A stretch of 64,000 nt of DNA from Thermoproteota archaeon (GCA_026986575.1 JALSOH010000004.1:64001-128000); one strand, 5' to 3'. Counted from the stretch's first letter, positions 18,529 through 29,005 are shown. Translations and numbers: made by a program. Notes: generated by a model not told the origin, from the letters alone.

Positions 18529-20430
18529 ATGGGACGTAAGAGGAAGATCACTGGCTTGGATCTCAGGCATCTGGTCAGAGAGCTGCTCTCTCTGGAGGGT
18601 AAAATACTTAAGAAAGCGTACATGCTGGATGATGGTGTCTTTTCCCTCGTCTTCTATCCAGAAGTTGATGGGAGCAGAGAGCTCGTGATCGACCTGAGCG
18701 GCTTCATCTTTCTGACAGACCTCAAGTGGCCAAAACCTCGGAGCCCGCCGTCATTCATCATGGCCCTCAGGAAGCACTTAGAGGGTAGGAGGTTCACTGA
18801 GATATCCCAGATAGGAGTTGAGAGAATCCTCCGATTATCTTTCAGTGATATGCAGCTTGTAGTGGAGCTGTTTGGCGGAGGGAACCTCATACTCGCTCAG
18901 GAAGGTGAGATCCTTTTGCCACTCAAGAGGGTCGAGTTTAGGGGTAGATCCATCAAGCCCGGCGAGATCTACCGGCCACCAGCTGGTCCGGGGATTGAGC
19001 TGGATCCTAGAGACAGGGATGCCATACTAGCGCTCCTCAGGGAAGGTGTGAGGGAGAAACTGCCCCTGTGGAAGGTGTTGATAGGATCCTTCGGGGTGGG
19101 CCCCCCTTACACGGACGAGATCTCTCACCTGACGGGTGTGGATCTGAAGTCACCGCTACCCGAGACCGAGGTTCCCATCGATGAGATTGCTGATCTGATC
19201 CATTCATTCCTCAATAGGGAGACGGAACCCGTGATTTACGTTCAGGGCGATGAAGTGGTGAACTTCTCGGCCTTTCCGCTAACTCACCTCCAGATGGAGA
19301 GGAGAACCGTATCTAGTTTGTCTAGAGCGATTCAGCTCTATTATACCGCTAAGAGGCCTGAATACGAGGAAGACCCGAGGATAAGGTCGCTGGAGGTTGA
19401 GATTCAAAGGCAGGAAGAGCTGAAGAAGGAGTATGCGGAAAAGGCGGAGGAGTACAGGTCCATTGGCGATCTCATATATCTTCACTTGACCGAGGTTGAT
19501 GAGGCGCTGAGGAAGGCTAGGAAGGGGGTTTCACCTCCCCCTATAGTTTCAGTCGACAGGAAGTCCGGCAAGGTCGTGTTGAATCTGGATGGTCGGGAGA
19601 TCGAGCTAGACATGCTCAAATCAGCCACTGAGAACGCTTCCGAGTACTATAACAGGGCGAAGAAGTATCGAGAGAAGCATGAGAGGATAGATACCGCAAT
19701 TTCGTCCCTGAAGGAGAAGCTGAACAGGCTCAGAAGTGAGGCTGAGGAGATGGCTTCCAGAAAGGTCCCGACTAGGAGACGGAAGCTCCGATGGTACGAG
19801 AGATTCAGGTGGTTCTACACGTCAGGGGGCTTCTTGGTGATAGGGGGAAGGGATTCCCAAACCAACGCCGAGATAGTGTCCAAGTATTTGGACGAGAACG
19901 ATCTGTTCTTCCACGTTGACATGCCGGGGGGTTCAGTGGTGGTACTCAAGCTTGGTGGGAAGGAGCCGGATGAGGCATCAGTGAATCAAGCGGCCACCGC
20001 AGCGGGAGTGTTTTCTAGAGCGTGGAGAGAAGGTCTGACCTCAGTGGACGTTTACTACGTCAAGGGATCCCAAGTCTCGAAACACGCGCCTTCTGGACTG
20101 TATCTCCCGAAGGGGAGCTTTTACATAACTGGAAGGAGGAACTACCTGCGGGTGAGGCTCGAGGTCTGCGTGGGCTTTCAGGAGACCCCTGATGGGATCA
20201 AATTGACTGCAGCACCTCCGGGAGCTCCCTTCCTCTACTCCGTATGCCTTAGACCTGGATCCACCGGCAAGGAAGAGGCCGCAAAAGTGTTAAAGAATGT
20301 GCTGGAGAGCTGGCTGCAAGAAAACATTAAAATACGTGGGTACTCAGAACCCCCGGCGGAGCCTGTGGAAGTGAGTGTGGATAGTATAGTGAGGGCGTTG
20401 CCCCCCGGGAAAGTTACGATAGTGGAGTGA
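18529..20430 (+). CDS. rqcH: Ribosome quality-control protein Rqc2/RqcH (NEMF, NFACT family)
   Basis: F.MALRKHL, ELFGGGN, WYERFRWF, GGRD...N, LPKGSF. Confidence 0.92.
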   Translation: MGRKRKITGLDLRHLVRELLSLEGKILKKAYMLDDGVFSLVFYPEVDGSRELVIDLSGFIFLTDLKWPKPRSPPSFIMALRKHLEGRRFTEISQIGVERILRLSFSDMQLVVELFGGGNLILAQEGEILLPLKRVEFRGRSIKPGEIYRPPAGPGIELDPRDRDAILALLREGVREKLPLWKVLIGSFGVGPPYTDEISHLTGVDLKSPLPETEVPIDEIADLIHSFLNRETEPVIYVQGDEVVNFSAFPLTHLQMERRTVSSLSRAIQLYYTAKRPEYEEDPRIRSLEVEIQRQEELKKEYAEKAEEYRSIGDLIYLHLTEVDEALRKARKGVSPPPIVSVDRKSGKVVLNLDGREIELDMLKSATENASEYYNRAKKYREKHERIDTAISSLKEKLNRLRSEAEEMASRKVPTRRRKLRWYERFRWFYTSGGFLVIGGRDSQTNAEIVSKYLDENDLFFHVDMPGGSVVVLKLGGKEPDEASVNQAATAAGVFSRAWREGLTSVDVYYVKGSQVSKHAPSGLYLPKGSFYITGRRNYLRVRLEVCVGFQETPDGIKLTAAPPGAPFLYSVCLRPGSTGKEEAAKVLKNVLESWLQENIKIRGYSEPPAEPVEVSVDSIVRALPPGKVTIVE

Positions 20431-20924
20431 TGGTTATGTGGTCTCTGCTCCCCGAGAAAGGTGAGGAACCCAAGTTCAGGCTGAAGGTATCCGAGATAAT
20501 GAACAGGAACCTGATTACCGTGACCCCTCAGGATACGGTGTTCAAGGTAGCACAGCTCATGAGCGAGCACAATATAGGCTCCGTGGTCGTGATGGAGAAA
20601 GGGGTCCTGAGGGGTATAGTCACGGAGAGGGACCTGATTTCCCGGTACATAGCTAAGAAGGACGGAAGGAAACCTGAAGAGGTTAAGGTAGAGGAAGTCA
20701 TGACTAAGGAGCCTGTCATAGTCAGGGACAACATAGATATTGATGAGGCCGCGAGGATCATGGTGGAGCACAACGTCAGAAGGCTGATAGTGGTGAACTC
20801 CAACAAGAAGGTGGTTGGGATAATCTCCTCCCGCGACATCCTGAAGGTGGCTCCGCACATATGGTTCATCCTGTCCGAGAGGTTGAGGCTAGCTAAGTCT
20901 AAGAAGGGTTGGAGCCTAGTATAG
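20427..20924 (+). CDS. CBS domain protein (one pair)
   Basis: IGSVVV..GIVTERD, VRRLIV..GIISSRD. Confidence 0.9.
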   Translation: MMVMWSLLPEKGEEPKFRLKVSEIMNRNLITVTPQDTVFKVAQLMSEHNIGSVVVMEKGVLRGIVTERDLISRYIAKKDGRKPEEVKVEEVMTKEPVIVRDNIDIDEAARIMVEHNVRRLIVVNSNKKVVGIISSRDILKVAPHIWFILSERLRLAKSKKGWSLV

Positions 20925-20939
20925 AGGGGGTACCCGATT

Positions 20940-21764
20940 TTGATGGCTAAGGTAAAGGATTATATGACCGATAGAGTTGTCACTGTGACCCCCCGAGATA
21001 CCCTCGGTAGGGCCCGGAACCTCATGTTGGAGAGGAAGATAAGGCGTTTGGTTGTTGTGGAGGGAAATAGGGTAGTTGGGATAATTACCGCGACGGACAT
21101 CGCCAAGGCCTTAGCTAGGAGGGGCGCTCCTTGGAGATGGAGGAATCCGGAGAACTCCCTAATCGATAGGTTCATGACGAGGAATCCCGTAACAATAGGG
21201 CCTGATGAGCTTGTCAGGACCGCCTCCAAGGTGATGGATGAGAGGGGCATAGGGGGCCTTCCAGTGGTGAAGGACTCATCCTTGGTGGGCATATTGACGG
21301 AGACAGATATCTCTAGGTTCTTCGCCGAGAATATGAGGGGCTCCTACAAGATAAGGGATTTGATGGATGAGAACTATCAGGTGATAGCCCCGAACACCAA
21401 CTTAAAGAAGGTGGCCAAGCTGATAGCCAACGGAAACAGGGTCCTGATAGTTGGATCGGAGGGCAATTACTTAGGCATGATAACTGAGGGGGACATAGCC
21501 CTGTGGGAACCCAATCTCGCTAAGAAGTACGTTCTTATCCCATCGAGGACCGGAAGGATCAGCATGGACGTCCGGGTGAAGACCGCTAGGCATATAATGA
21601 AGGAGATAGGGATAAGGCTCAATCCCGAGGAAGATGCAGCCAAGGCTGCTAGGTACATGGTCGAGTGGGGAGTGAGTGCTATCCCCGTTTTCGATGGGAA
21701 CGAGCTAGTGGGTGTGGTCGATAAGAAGGCCCTAGTGAGAGGTGTGGCAAATGCCTCGGATTGA
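20940..21764 (+). CDS. CBS domain protein (four CBS)
   Basis: Repeated GI(I/L)TxxD CBS motifs. Confidence 0.9.
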   Translation: MMAKVKDYMTDRVVTVTPRDTLGRARNLMLERKIRRLVVVEGNRVVGIITATDIAKALARRGAPWRWRNPENSLIDRFMTRNPVTIGPDELVRTASKVMDERGIGGLPVVKDSSLVGILTETDISRFFAENMRGSYKIRDLMDENYQVIAPNTNLKKVAKLIANGNRVLIVGSEGNYLGMITEGDIALWEPNLAKKYVLIPSRTGRISMDVRVKTARHIMKEIGIRLNPEEDAAKAARYMVEWGVSAIPVFDGNELVGVVDKKALVRGVANASD

Positions 21765-22539
21765 TGTTTCTAGGCTTATGAGGACTTCAGTCATCACGAT
21801 CGATAAGGGGGAAACTGTAGAGGTCGCATTGGACCTCATGGAGAGGAACGACGTGAACCACTTGGTCGTCACCTCCGGAGATAGGGTCGTCGGCGTGCTC
21901 AGCATAAGGGACATAATGGAGGGCTTAGGCTCGTCTAGGTTCGAGAGGATACCGGCTAGGAGGATATACGTCAGCGCCCTGATGACCGAACCTCCAGTTA
22001 CTATTGGTCCCAGAATGTCCATAGAGGAAGCAGTTTCCATTATGCTCAAAAACGGGATCGGATCGCTCCCAGTGGTGGAAGGAGATAGGTTGGTGGGTAT
22101 AATTACCGAGACTGATCTGGTGAAGTCTCTAGATTATGATGGCGATATCGAGGTCTTGGTGAAGGGAGATCACCCGAGGATAATGCCCAATGAGAGGATA
22201 GTCCATGCGAGGAATGTGATGCTTGAGAGAGGCGCTAGGATACTCCCTGTGGTGGAGGGAGGGAAGCTTATAGGCATAGTTACTGAGAGGAATCTGGCAA
22301 GGGCTTTTCTAGACGTCAGGGAAAATGTGGATCCCGTACGCATGGACAACGTGGTCAGGAAGATCTTAGTGGAGGATGTGATGGTGGAGGCCCCAAGGAG
22401 GCTCATAGGATTCGTCCCGGTGAACGAGGCCAGGGACCTCTTCCTAGAATCTGGTCTACCAGCCCTTCCCGTGGTCGACGAAGACGATAAGGTGATCGGC
22501 GTCCTCGAGAGGAGAAGCCTCCTCAGGTTCCTCGGATGA
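21742..22539 (+). CDS. CBS domain protein (four CBS)
   Basis: IGSLPVV..GIITETD, LPVV..GIVTERN. Confidence 0.9.
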   Translation: MWQMPRIDVSRLMRTSVITIDKGETVEVALDLMERNDVNHLVVTSGDRVVGVLSIRDIMEGLGSSRFERIPARRIYVSALMTEPPVTIGPRMSIEEAVSIMLKNGIGSLPVVEGDRLVGIITETDLVKSLDYDGDIEVLVKGDHPRIMPNERIVHARNVMLERGARILPVVEGGKLIGIVTERNLARAFLDVRENVDPVRMDNVVRKILVEDVMVEAPRRLIGFVPVNEARDLFLESGLPALPVVDEDDKVIGVLERRSLLRFLG

Positions 22540-23380
22540 GGGGATCCAGTAGCATCCCCATTATTCCGAGGAACATGGAGAGTTTCAGCATGCTGCTCAG
22601 TCTCTCAGCCTTAATCTCATCTATTTTGAGCGATTCTCTAGCGGAATAGAGTAATAGGGGAAGGGAGAGGACCACTGAGAGGAGGAAGTAGGCTGGTCCC
22701 GTCAGACCAGCTAGGAGAGGTATCAGCGTCAGGACGGATGTTACAAGGATCATCAGAGAGGCGTAAACGCCTGCTCCCCTAGGGCCCATCACCACCGCTA
22801 CTGTCCTCAAGCCGTAAAGAGAATCACCTTTCAGGTCTTCCACGGTTTTCACTACCTCTCTAGCTAAGTTGGATGTGAAGGCTATCATAGAGAATAGGAT
22901 CACCTTTCCATTGAGTCCATCAGCTGCCAAGGCTCCGAATATGAGGGTAAATGCGACCCCCAAGCTGACTAAGATGTTACCTACCAAACCCATCGCTTTG
23001 ATCCATCGGGCATAGAGGTACCAAGAGAGGGCGAAGAGAGAGGCGATGATAAACTCTTCCACACCTAAGGGAATGCTCAAGGCTACCCCTATGAGGGACA
23101 AGACGATATAGGAAGTCATCGCTTCCCTAGGGGAGACCTCCCCGGATGGTATGGGTCTGTCTGGCTTATTCACCTTGTCTATGGGAGCGTCGAAGTAGTC
23201 GTTCACCGCATTACCGGCCATGAGGATGAGGGGCGGCACAACGCAAGCCAAGATCAGATTCGGAATGAGCTCAGGGAAAGCGGATGCGTTCACCCATCCG
23301 ACAAGAACTCCTAAGATGGACATTAGGGCGTTCTTGGGACGGAAGAGTCTCAAATAGCCCCTGATGTCGCCGCCCCCCAT
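22523..23380 (-). CDS. Digeranylgeranylglyceryl phosphate synthase (UbiA prenyltransferase)
   Basis: NDYFDAPIDKVNKPDRPIPSG, REVVKTVEDLKGD. Confidence 0.9.
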   Translation of the reverse strand: MGGGDIRGYLRLFRPKNALMSILGVLVGWVNASAFPELIPNLILACVVPPLILMAGNAVNDYFDAPIDKVNKPDRPIPSGEVSPREAMTSYIVLSLIGVALSIPLGVEEFIIASLFALSWYLYARWIKAMGLVGNILVSLGVAFTLIFGALAADGLNGKVILFSMIAFTSNLAREVVKTVEDLKGDSLYGLRTVAVVMGPRGAGVYASLMILVTSVLTLIPLLAGLTGPAYFLLSVVLSLPLLLYSARESLKIDEIKAERLSSMLKLSMFLGIMGMLLDPLIRGT

Positions 23381-23435
23381 GGACCCACACCGGTCCCTTT
23401 TTATGGGCTAAGAAATATACCTATCGGGATCGGAT

Positions 23436-24371
23436 TTGCCTGTCAGAGTCGGTGTAGTAGGATGCGGGTGGTTCGGATCCGCCCACGCTAGGGTGTACAG
23501 GACCATAGGTGAGGCTCAACTAGTTGCTGTCATGGATATCGTTGAGGAAAACGCCAAGAGGTTGGCGGAGATTTACCATGTGAACCATTACACGTCGATA
23601 GAGGAGATGATCAGGAAGGAATCTTTGGATGCCGTGAGCATAGCTGTCACTCCGCAGTACCTCTTTCGAGCCACGAAAGAGGCTTTAGAGGCAGGTACAT
23701 CCGTACTCGTCGAGAAACCGGTAGTTATCAGCAGGGAAGAGCTCTCGAATCTGGAATCCCTTGTTAAGAGAGCCGATGGCGTCTTCATGCCTGGGTTCAT
23801 AGAACTCTTCAATCCGGCCGTATCCATGGCCAAATCGCTCTTAGATGATGAAAGAATAGGAAAACTGCTGTCTATATGGTCTAGGAGAGTAGGAAGACTC
23901 CCTAAAAAGAGTATCGGCTGGAGAATAGGTGTCTCCTTAGACTTAGCTATACATGAGATGTACGTGCAGCACCATATAGTGGGAGGGGCACCCTCAAGTG
24001 TGTCCTCCTACACGGCTAAGCTGCTGGAAGGTGAGGGAGGAGAGGACCTTGCGATATTCCTCGCTAGATTCCCAGATGGAATAGTTTCCACCATTGAAAC
24101 GAATTGGCTCACTCCATCGGGGATAAGGGAAGCGCTGATAATGGGTGACGGGGGCAGCCTCATCGTGAACTACCCTGATCAAACGGTGAGGATAGAGTCC
24201 TCAGACAGGATCGAGCAGCCGAGGATAAGGAGGAAGGAGCCTCTGCAGGGAGAACTCGCATACTTCGTGGAGCATGTGAGGAAAGGGAGTGATCCCGACA
24301 TCGGGATCGACTTGGCCAAGAATGTGCTGAACTCCTTATTCGAGGGATTGGAGAATAGGTTGGTTTTCTGA
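23436..24371 (+). CDS. Gfo/Idh/MocA family oxidoreductase
   Basis: GVVGCGWFG, VLVEKP, DLAIHE. Confidence 0.9.
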   Translation: MPVRVGVVGCGWFGSAHARVYRTIGEAQLVAVMDIVEENAKRLAEIYHVNHYTSIEEMIRKESLDAVSIAVTPQYLFRATKEALEAGTSVLVEKPVVISREELSNLESLVKRADGVFMPGFIELFNPAVSMAKSLLDDERIGKLLSIWSRRVGRLPKKSIGWRIGVSLDLAIHEMYVQHHIVGGAPSSVSSYTAKLLEGEGGEDLAIFLARFPDGIVSTIETNWLTPSGIREALIMGDGGSLIVNYPDQTVRIESSDRIEQPRIRRKEPLQGELAYFVEHVRKGSDPDIGIDLAKNVLNSLFEGLENRLVF

Positions 24372-24381
24372 GGGTGCGGGA

Positions 24382-25458
24382 ATGCCTGTAAAGGGAAGGC
24401 TCAGGAAAGGGATGGTATATGTGTCAGAGCAGGTCGACAGACTCTATAAGCAGGGATACGGTGAGATCGTTGGTAGCGAGCTCGAGCTTCATCCACTTGA
24501 GGCTGCATTCTTAGTTTGGAGGGGAAGGTTGAGGGTACTCGGCGAATGCGGTGAAGTCGGGCTGAGGGATCTTATGAGACTCTTCGTGGGCGATCCTAGG
24601 GCCTTTTTGAAGTACGTGGTGTACAGCGATCTAAGGAGAAAGGAAAGGCTCGTCGTGTACGAGAGGTCAACTGACTTCCTCAGGCTCTATCCAAAGGGAG
24701 CTAGAGTGGGAGAGGTTGCTGCCAAGGATCTGATCCTCCCTCTCTCCGAGGATCGGCCCATACCCCACAAGTACATCTTAGACACCGTTGAGAAGGTGGC
24801 CAAGCTAAGGAAAGGTCTGATATTGGCTGTCGTGGATGACGAGATGAATGTCACCTACTACAGGGCTCAAAACTTCCTACCCGATAAGAGAACCGGATAC
24901 GATGTCGAAGAGTTGCCGGAGCTGATAGGTACCCTAGTGGGAGATAGGGTTATAGTGTTCGACGAGAGATCCGGAGATCTCTACGCTAAGGGATTTTGGG
25001 GTCATCCTCTCGGTGTGGATAAGCCCGAACCGTTCAAGCGGTACGAGGAGCCCTTGCAGCTCCCTCTAATAGAAGCTATATACCTCTCCTCTAAGGGCAA
25101 ACTGAGAGTTGAAACCTACGATGGTAAGGACCTAGACCTAGAAAAGTTGAGAAGGATCTTTTCGGAGGTGAGAGAGGGATCGAGGATCAGAGAAAGGGTG
25201 TTCAGGTACTGGAGGGATTTGGGATATGTTCCTAAGGCTGGATCCAAGTATGGAGCTGACTTCTTGATATACGAGAGAGGTCCTGGTCTCGAACATGCAC
25301 CTTACCTATGCGTAGCTGGATCAGTGGGAGATAAGGTGCGTCCCGTCGATCTGATAAGGTCTGGGAGGGTTGCTACATCGGTGAGAAAGGACCTCGTCGT
25401 ATCGCTAGTTTCTGGAGAGCATGTGATCAGCTACAAGATGTCTTGGTTCAAGCCCTGA
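24382..25458 (+). CDS. endA: tRNA-splicing endonuclease (two-unit alpha2 type)
   Basis: Duplicated unit; G.KYGADF..YERGPG.EHAPY, RVATSVRK catalytic Y/H/K. Confidence 0.93.
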   Translation: MPVKGRLRKGMVYVSEQVDRLYKQGYGEIVGSELELHPLEAAFLVWRGRLRVLGECGEVGLRDLMRLFVGDPRAFLKYVVYSDLRRKERLVVYERSTDFLRLYPKGARVGEVAAKDLILPLSEDRPIPHKYILDTVEKVAKLRKGLILAVVDDEMNVTYYRAQNFLPDKRTGYDVEELPELIGTLVGDRVIVFDERSGDLYAKGFWGHPLGVDKPEPFKRYEEPLQLPLIEAIYLSSKGKLRVETYDGKDLDLEKLRRIFSEVREGSRIRERVFRYWRDLGYVPKAGSKYGADFLIYERGPGLEHAPYLCVAGSVGDKVRPVDLIRSGRVATSVRKDLVVSLVSGEHVISYKMSWFKP

Positions 25459-25855
25459 TCACTCGGGCGAAGTCCTCTATCGACAGCCCCTTGGACCTCG
25501 CTGTCTCTATGTCTATGGCGATAGATCCTGATTTCAATTTCCTAGCTTCATCCATTTTCAGCAGGAAGAACTTACCTCTATCTGAGGAGAACTTCACCGC
25601 GAACCAGCACTCGCCCCCAAGCAGCTCTGCCAGCCTCCTCATAGAGGTCACCTCATCTGAGGGGATGTAAACGGTATCCTTAGATGTGGTCTTAACTTCG
25701 ATTACGGCTATTCTTCCCTTGTATCCAGCGATCACATCGCTGGATGGATGACTGGTGGACCCACTTCCTGCTATTCTCACTGCCGCTATTCCGTGCTTCC
25801 ATAACTTGTCCAAGAGATCCCTCTCTGCCCTAGTTCCCTTGGCCTTTCTCCTCAA
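25448..25855 (-). CDS. hjc: Holliday junction resolvase
   Basis: KG..AERDL, RIAGSG, DVIA..IEVK. Confidence 0.92.
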   Translation of the reverse strand: MRRKAKGTRAERDLLDKLWKHGIAAVRIAGSGSTSHPSSDVIAGYKGRIAVIEVKTTSKDTVYIPSDEVTSMRRLAELLGGECWFAVKFSSDRGKFFLLKMDEARKLKSGSIAIDIETARSKGLSIEDFARVIRA

Positions 25856-26766
25856 TCCCCCTCCCCCGTAAGCCTGAGGGGGCCATCTGCAGTCACGAGA
25901 ACTGTGTCCTCGTATTGGGCGACCATCATGCCTGAGACCTCGACCAAGGGAGGGTAGGGTATGAGGATCCTCTTATCCACAAGTCTGGACAGAGCATGAT
26001 TAACTCTGTGGCCGATCTCCCTGAATAACCATCTCTCGCAGAAGGGAAGTCCCTTGTAGTTCTTTTCCACTATCTTGAGAATTCTCCTCTCCATCTCATC
26101 GCGGGTCCTGCCCTTCTTCCTACCCAAGGAGAATATTAGGGGCTCCCCCAAAGGAACCACATACCCTCTGGCCTCCGGGAATGTTACGAAGGGCTCTATC
26201 GCGAAGATATCTCCATCCTTGATCCTGTAACCCATGCTTCTTCCGGTTGGGACGTTTGGAACCTCGACGCCAGCGTGGAGTTCGTATGCCCTCACCATAT
26301 GGCCAGTGAGGTTGCGTATGGGCTTGTATCCTGCTGATACTATCGTGTCATATATCGCCTCGCTGACCTCCCTTATCTTACTCCCCGGAATCATCCTCTC
26401 TATCGCCCTATCGAGCGCCTCTCTGGCAACTTGAACCATCTCCTCGTACTTCTCATCGAGAGCGACGGATCTAGCCGCATCTACTATCCACCCTTCCAAG
26501 TGGGAGCCCATGTCCAGCTTTATCAAGCCGGTTTCCGGGATCCTCAATTCGTCTCCGGGAAAGGGAGTGTAGTGAGCTGCGACCTCGTTTATGGAGAGGT
26601 TAGTGGGGAAGGCCAGTGAGTATCCCCTCTCCCTGACCAGTCTCTCGGATTCTTCAACAAGATCCAAAACGCTTGCACCGGGTTCAATCTTTCTTCTCAT
26701 CTGCTCTAGGATGTAAGAGTGCTCTTCACCCAGTTTCAAGTAAGATTCAAGCTGCTCATTATCCAT
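25852..26766 (-). CDS. map: Type II methionine aminopeptidase
   Basis: AAHYTP, KLDMGSH, NLTGH, AIEPF, AQYEDT. Confidence 0.95.
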   Translation of the reverse strand: MDNEQLESYLKLGEEHSYILEQMRRKIEPGASVLDLVEESERLVRERGYSLAFPTNLSINEVAAHYTPFPGDELRIPETGLIKLDMGSHLEGWIVDAARSVALDEKYEEMVQVAREALDRAIERMIPGSKIREVSEAIYDTIVSAGYKPIRNLTGHMVRAYELHAGVEVPNVPTGRSMGYRIKDGDIFAIEPFVTFPEARGYVVPLGEPLIFSLGRKKGRTRDEMERRILKIVEKNYKGLPFCERWLFREIGHRVNHALSRLVDKRILIPYPPLVEVSGMMVAQYEDTVLVTADGPLRLTGEGD

Positions 26767-26824
26767 ATCCTATCGCTGGGACTCTCACGGGAGGATTATT
26801 AAATCGTTTCATCCCATTCGCCTT

Positions 26825-27445
26825 GTGAAGTGGCTGGACGTTAGGAGAGGGTGCGATGACGCCTGCGTCAGTGAAGTGGTGAGTGTGTGGTGGTCCGGAG
26901 GGCTAGTGGTCTACCCCACAGACACTGTGTATGGGCTGGGGGCAGATGCGGAGAACGAGGAAGCGGTGTTGAGGGTGTACGAGGTCAAGGGTAGGGAGAG
27001 AGACAAGCCACTGACTATAGCGGTCAGCGACTTTGACATGTTGGAGGGGTACGCCGTGTTGAACAAGGTGAGCAGGGAGTTGGTTAGGCACTTCCTACCG
27101 GGCAAGGTGACTTTCATACTGCCCAAGACCAAGAGAGTTCCGGATTCTGTGAATCCTAAGGCCATAGGTGTGAGGATCCCGAATCTGGATCTGACTCGTG
27201 ACCTCATTAGATCCTTTGGTAGGGCCGTAACGGCCACCAGCGCGAACAGGTCGGGCTCACCCCCTAAGAGAGATCCGAGGGAGGTAGCTGAGGAGATTGA
27301 GGTGGATCTACTCCTTGACTACGGCGTCCTTCCACCCAGCAGACCATCTACTGTGGTTGACCTCACGGGTGAGAGACCTGTGCTAGTGAGGGAGGGGGAT
27401 GTACCATTCGAGGAAATACTGAGGGTCTACGAGAGGGTGAGGTGA
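26825..27445 (+). CDS. tsaC: Threonylcarbamoyl-AMP synthase (YrdC/TsaC domain only)
   Basis: YPTDTVYGLG, KGR..DKPL, TSANRSG, PSTVVD. Confidence 0.92.
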   Translation: MKWLDVRRGCDDACVSEVVSVWWSGGLVVYPTDTVYGLGADAENEEAVLRVYEVKGRERDKPLTIAVSDFDMLEGYAVLNKVSRELVRHFLPGKVTFILPKTKRVPDSVNPKAIGVRIPNLDLTRDLIRSFGRAVTATSANRSGSPPKRDPREVAEEIEVDLLLDYGVLPPSRPSTVVDLTGERPVLVREGDVPFEEILRVYERVR

Positions 27446-28419
27446 TCTCCCTAGGTATAGAGTCGACGGCCCACACCTTCGGAGTGGGGATCGTAACCTC
27501 AGAGGGCGAGATACTCGCCAACGTGTGGGACTCCTACAAGTCTCCAGAGGGGGGCATGAGGCCGCATGAGTTAGCTGAACATCATTTCAATACTGCAGTG
27601 AAGGTGATGAGGGACGCCTTGAATCGGGCTGGCCTGACCCTCTCTGACATCTCCATCATCGGTTATTCCCGGGGACCCGGAATAGGACAAGCTCTGTTAA
27701 TAGGGGCCTTCGTCGCCAGATCGCTGGCGCTGAAATATGAGAAGCCCCTAGTGGGTGTCAACCACCCCTTGGCCCACGTGGAGATAGGCAGGAAGGTCAC
27801 CAAGAGCTATGATCCCGTTGTGCTCTATGTTTCCGGCGGCAACACTCAGGTGATCACTCACAACGGCAGGAGGTATGTCGTCCTAGGAGAGACCCTAGAT
27901 GTGGGCTTGGGTAATGCTCAGGACAAATTGGGCAGAGAAATAGGACTGCCCTTTCCAGCTGGGCCGAAATTGGATAGGATGGTGGGTAAGTGGGTGGAGC
28001 TCCCCTACACCGTGAAGGGGATGGACCTTTCGTTCAGCGGCCTCCTCACCGAGGCATTGAGAAGGATAAAGTCGGGAGAGAGAGTCGAGGATGTCGTCTG
28101 GAGCTTCATGGAAGTGGCCTTTTCCATGACGATAGAAGTGGCCGAGAGGGCCTTGGCCCTGAGCGGTAAAGACGAGCTTTTATTGGTCGGAGGGGTCGCT
28201 GCCTCCCCTAGATTGAAGGAGAAAGCGGGGACTATGTGCCGCGAGAGGGGTGCCAAGCTCAAGGTGCCCCCCGTGGAGCTTGTGAGGGACAATGGGGCTA
28301 TGATAGCCTGGACCGCGATACTCTCTTATAGGATAAGGGGGGCCGAACCCATTAAGGAGTCCTCCATAAAACCCCAGTGGAGGATAGATGAGATAGAGTG
28401 GCCACTGACCGACATCTGA
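27442..28419 (+). CDS. kae1: t6A synthase Kae1 (KEOPS)
   Basis: GIESTAHT, NHPLAHVE, VSGGNT, DNGAMIA. Confidence 0.96.
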   Translation: MISLGIESTAHTFGVGIVTSEGEILANVWDSYKSPEGGMRPHELAEHHFNTAVKVMRDALNRAGLTLSDISIIGYSRGPGIGQALLIGAFVARSLALKYEKPLVGVNHPLAHVEIGRKVTKSYDPVVLYVSGGNTQVITHNGRRYVVLGETLDVGLGNAQDKLGREIGLPFPAGPKLDRMVGKWVELPYTVKGMDLSFSGLLTEALRRIKSGERVEDVVWSFMEVAFSMTIEVAERALALSGKDELLLVGGVAASPRLKEKAGTMCRERGAKLKVPPVELVRDNGAMIAWTAILSYRIRGAEPIKESSIKPQWRIDEIEWPLTDI

Positions 28420-28429
28420 GGGTGATCGA

Positions 28430-29005
28430 TTGGGAAGGAAGAAGTTCAATGTGTGCCTATCGGGTCTCACCGGGAGCGGCAAGAGTACACTAGCTAGGAG
28501 GTTGGTTGAGAGGTACGGATTGAAGAGGATATCCGGCGGAGATATACTGAAGGAGATAATAGGGGGTAAGGAGAGCCTGAAGGATCCGGGCTGGTGGGAA
28601 AGGGAGGAGGCCAGCAGGGCGATGGCCGAGAGGATGTCCAATCCGGAGCTGGATAAGGAAGTGGACAGGAGGCTCATGTCCTTAGCCTCTGAGGGAGGCT
28701 ATGTACTGGACTCTTGGACCATGGCCTACCTCTTGGAATCCGAGGACTGTATCAAGATTTTCCTGAAAGCAGATCTAGAAGTTAGGGCCCTCAGAGTAGC
28801 TAGAAGAGACAGGATAAGCTTTGATGAGGCGGTAAAGAGAATAAAATTGAAGGAAGAGGAGACTTATCGCATCTATAAGAGAATCTACGGCTTTGAGCTC
28901 GGCAAAGACCTCACCCCCTTCCATCTAGTGATAGACACCACGAGGTTAAATGCCAGCGAAGTATTCTCCATAGTAAGCAAGTTTATTGATAGTTGGCTAA
29001 AATAA
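28430..29005 (+). CDS. cmk: Cytidylate kinase (archaeal type)
   Basis: SGLTGSGKST, LDKEVDRR, LVIDTT. Confidence 0.88.
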   Translation: MGRKKFNVCLSGLTGSGKSTLARRLVERYGLKRISGGDILKEIIGGKESLKDPGWWEREEASRAMAERMSNPELDKEVDRRLMSLASEGGYVLDSWTMAYLLESEDCIKIFLKADLEVRALRVARRDRISFDEAVKRIKLKEEETYRIYKRIYGFELGKDLTPFHLVIDTTRLNASEVFSIVSKFIDSWLK

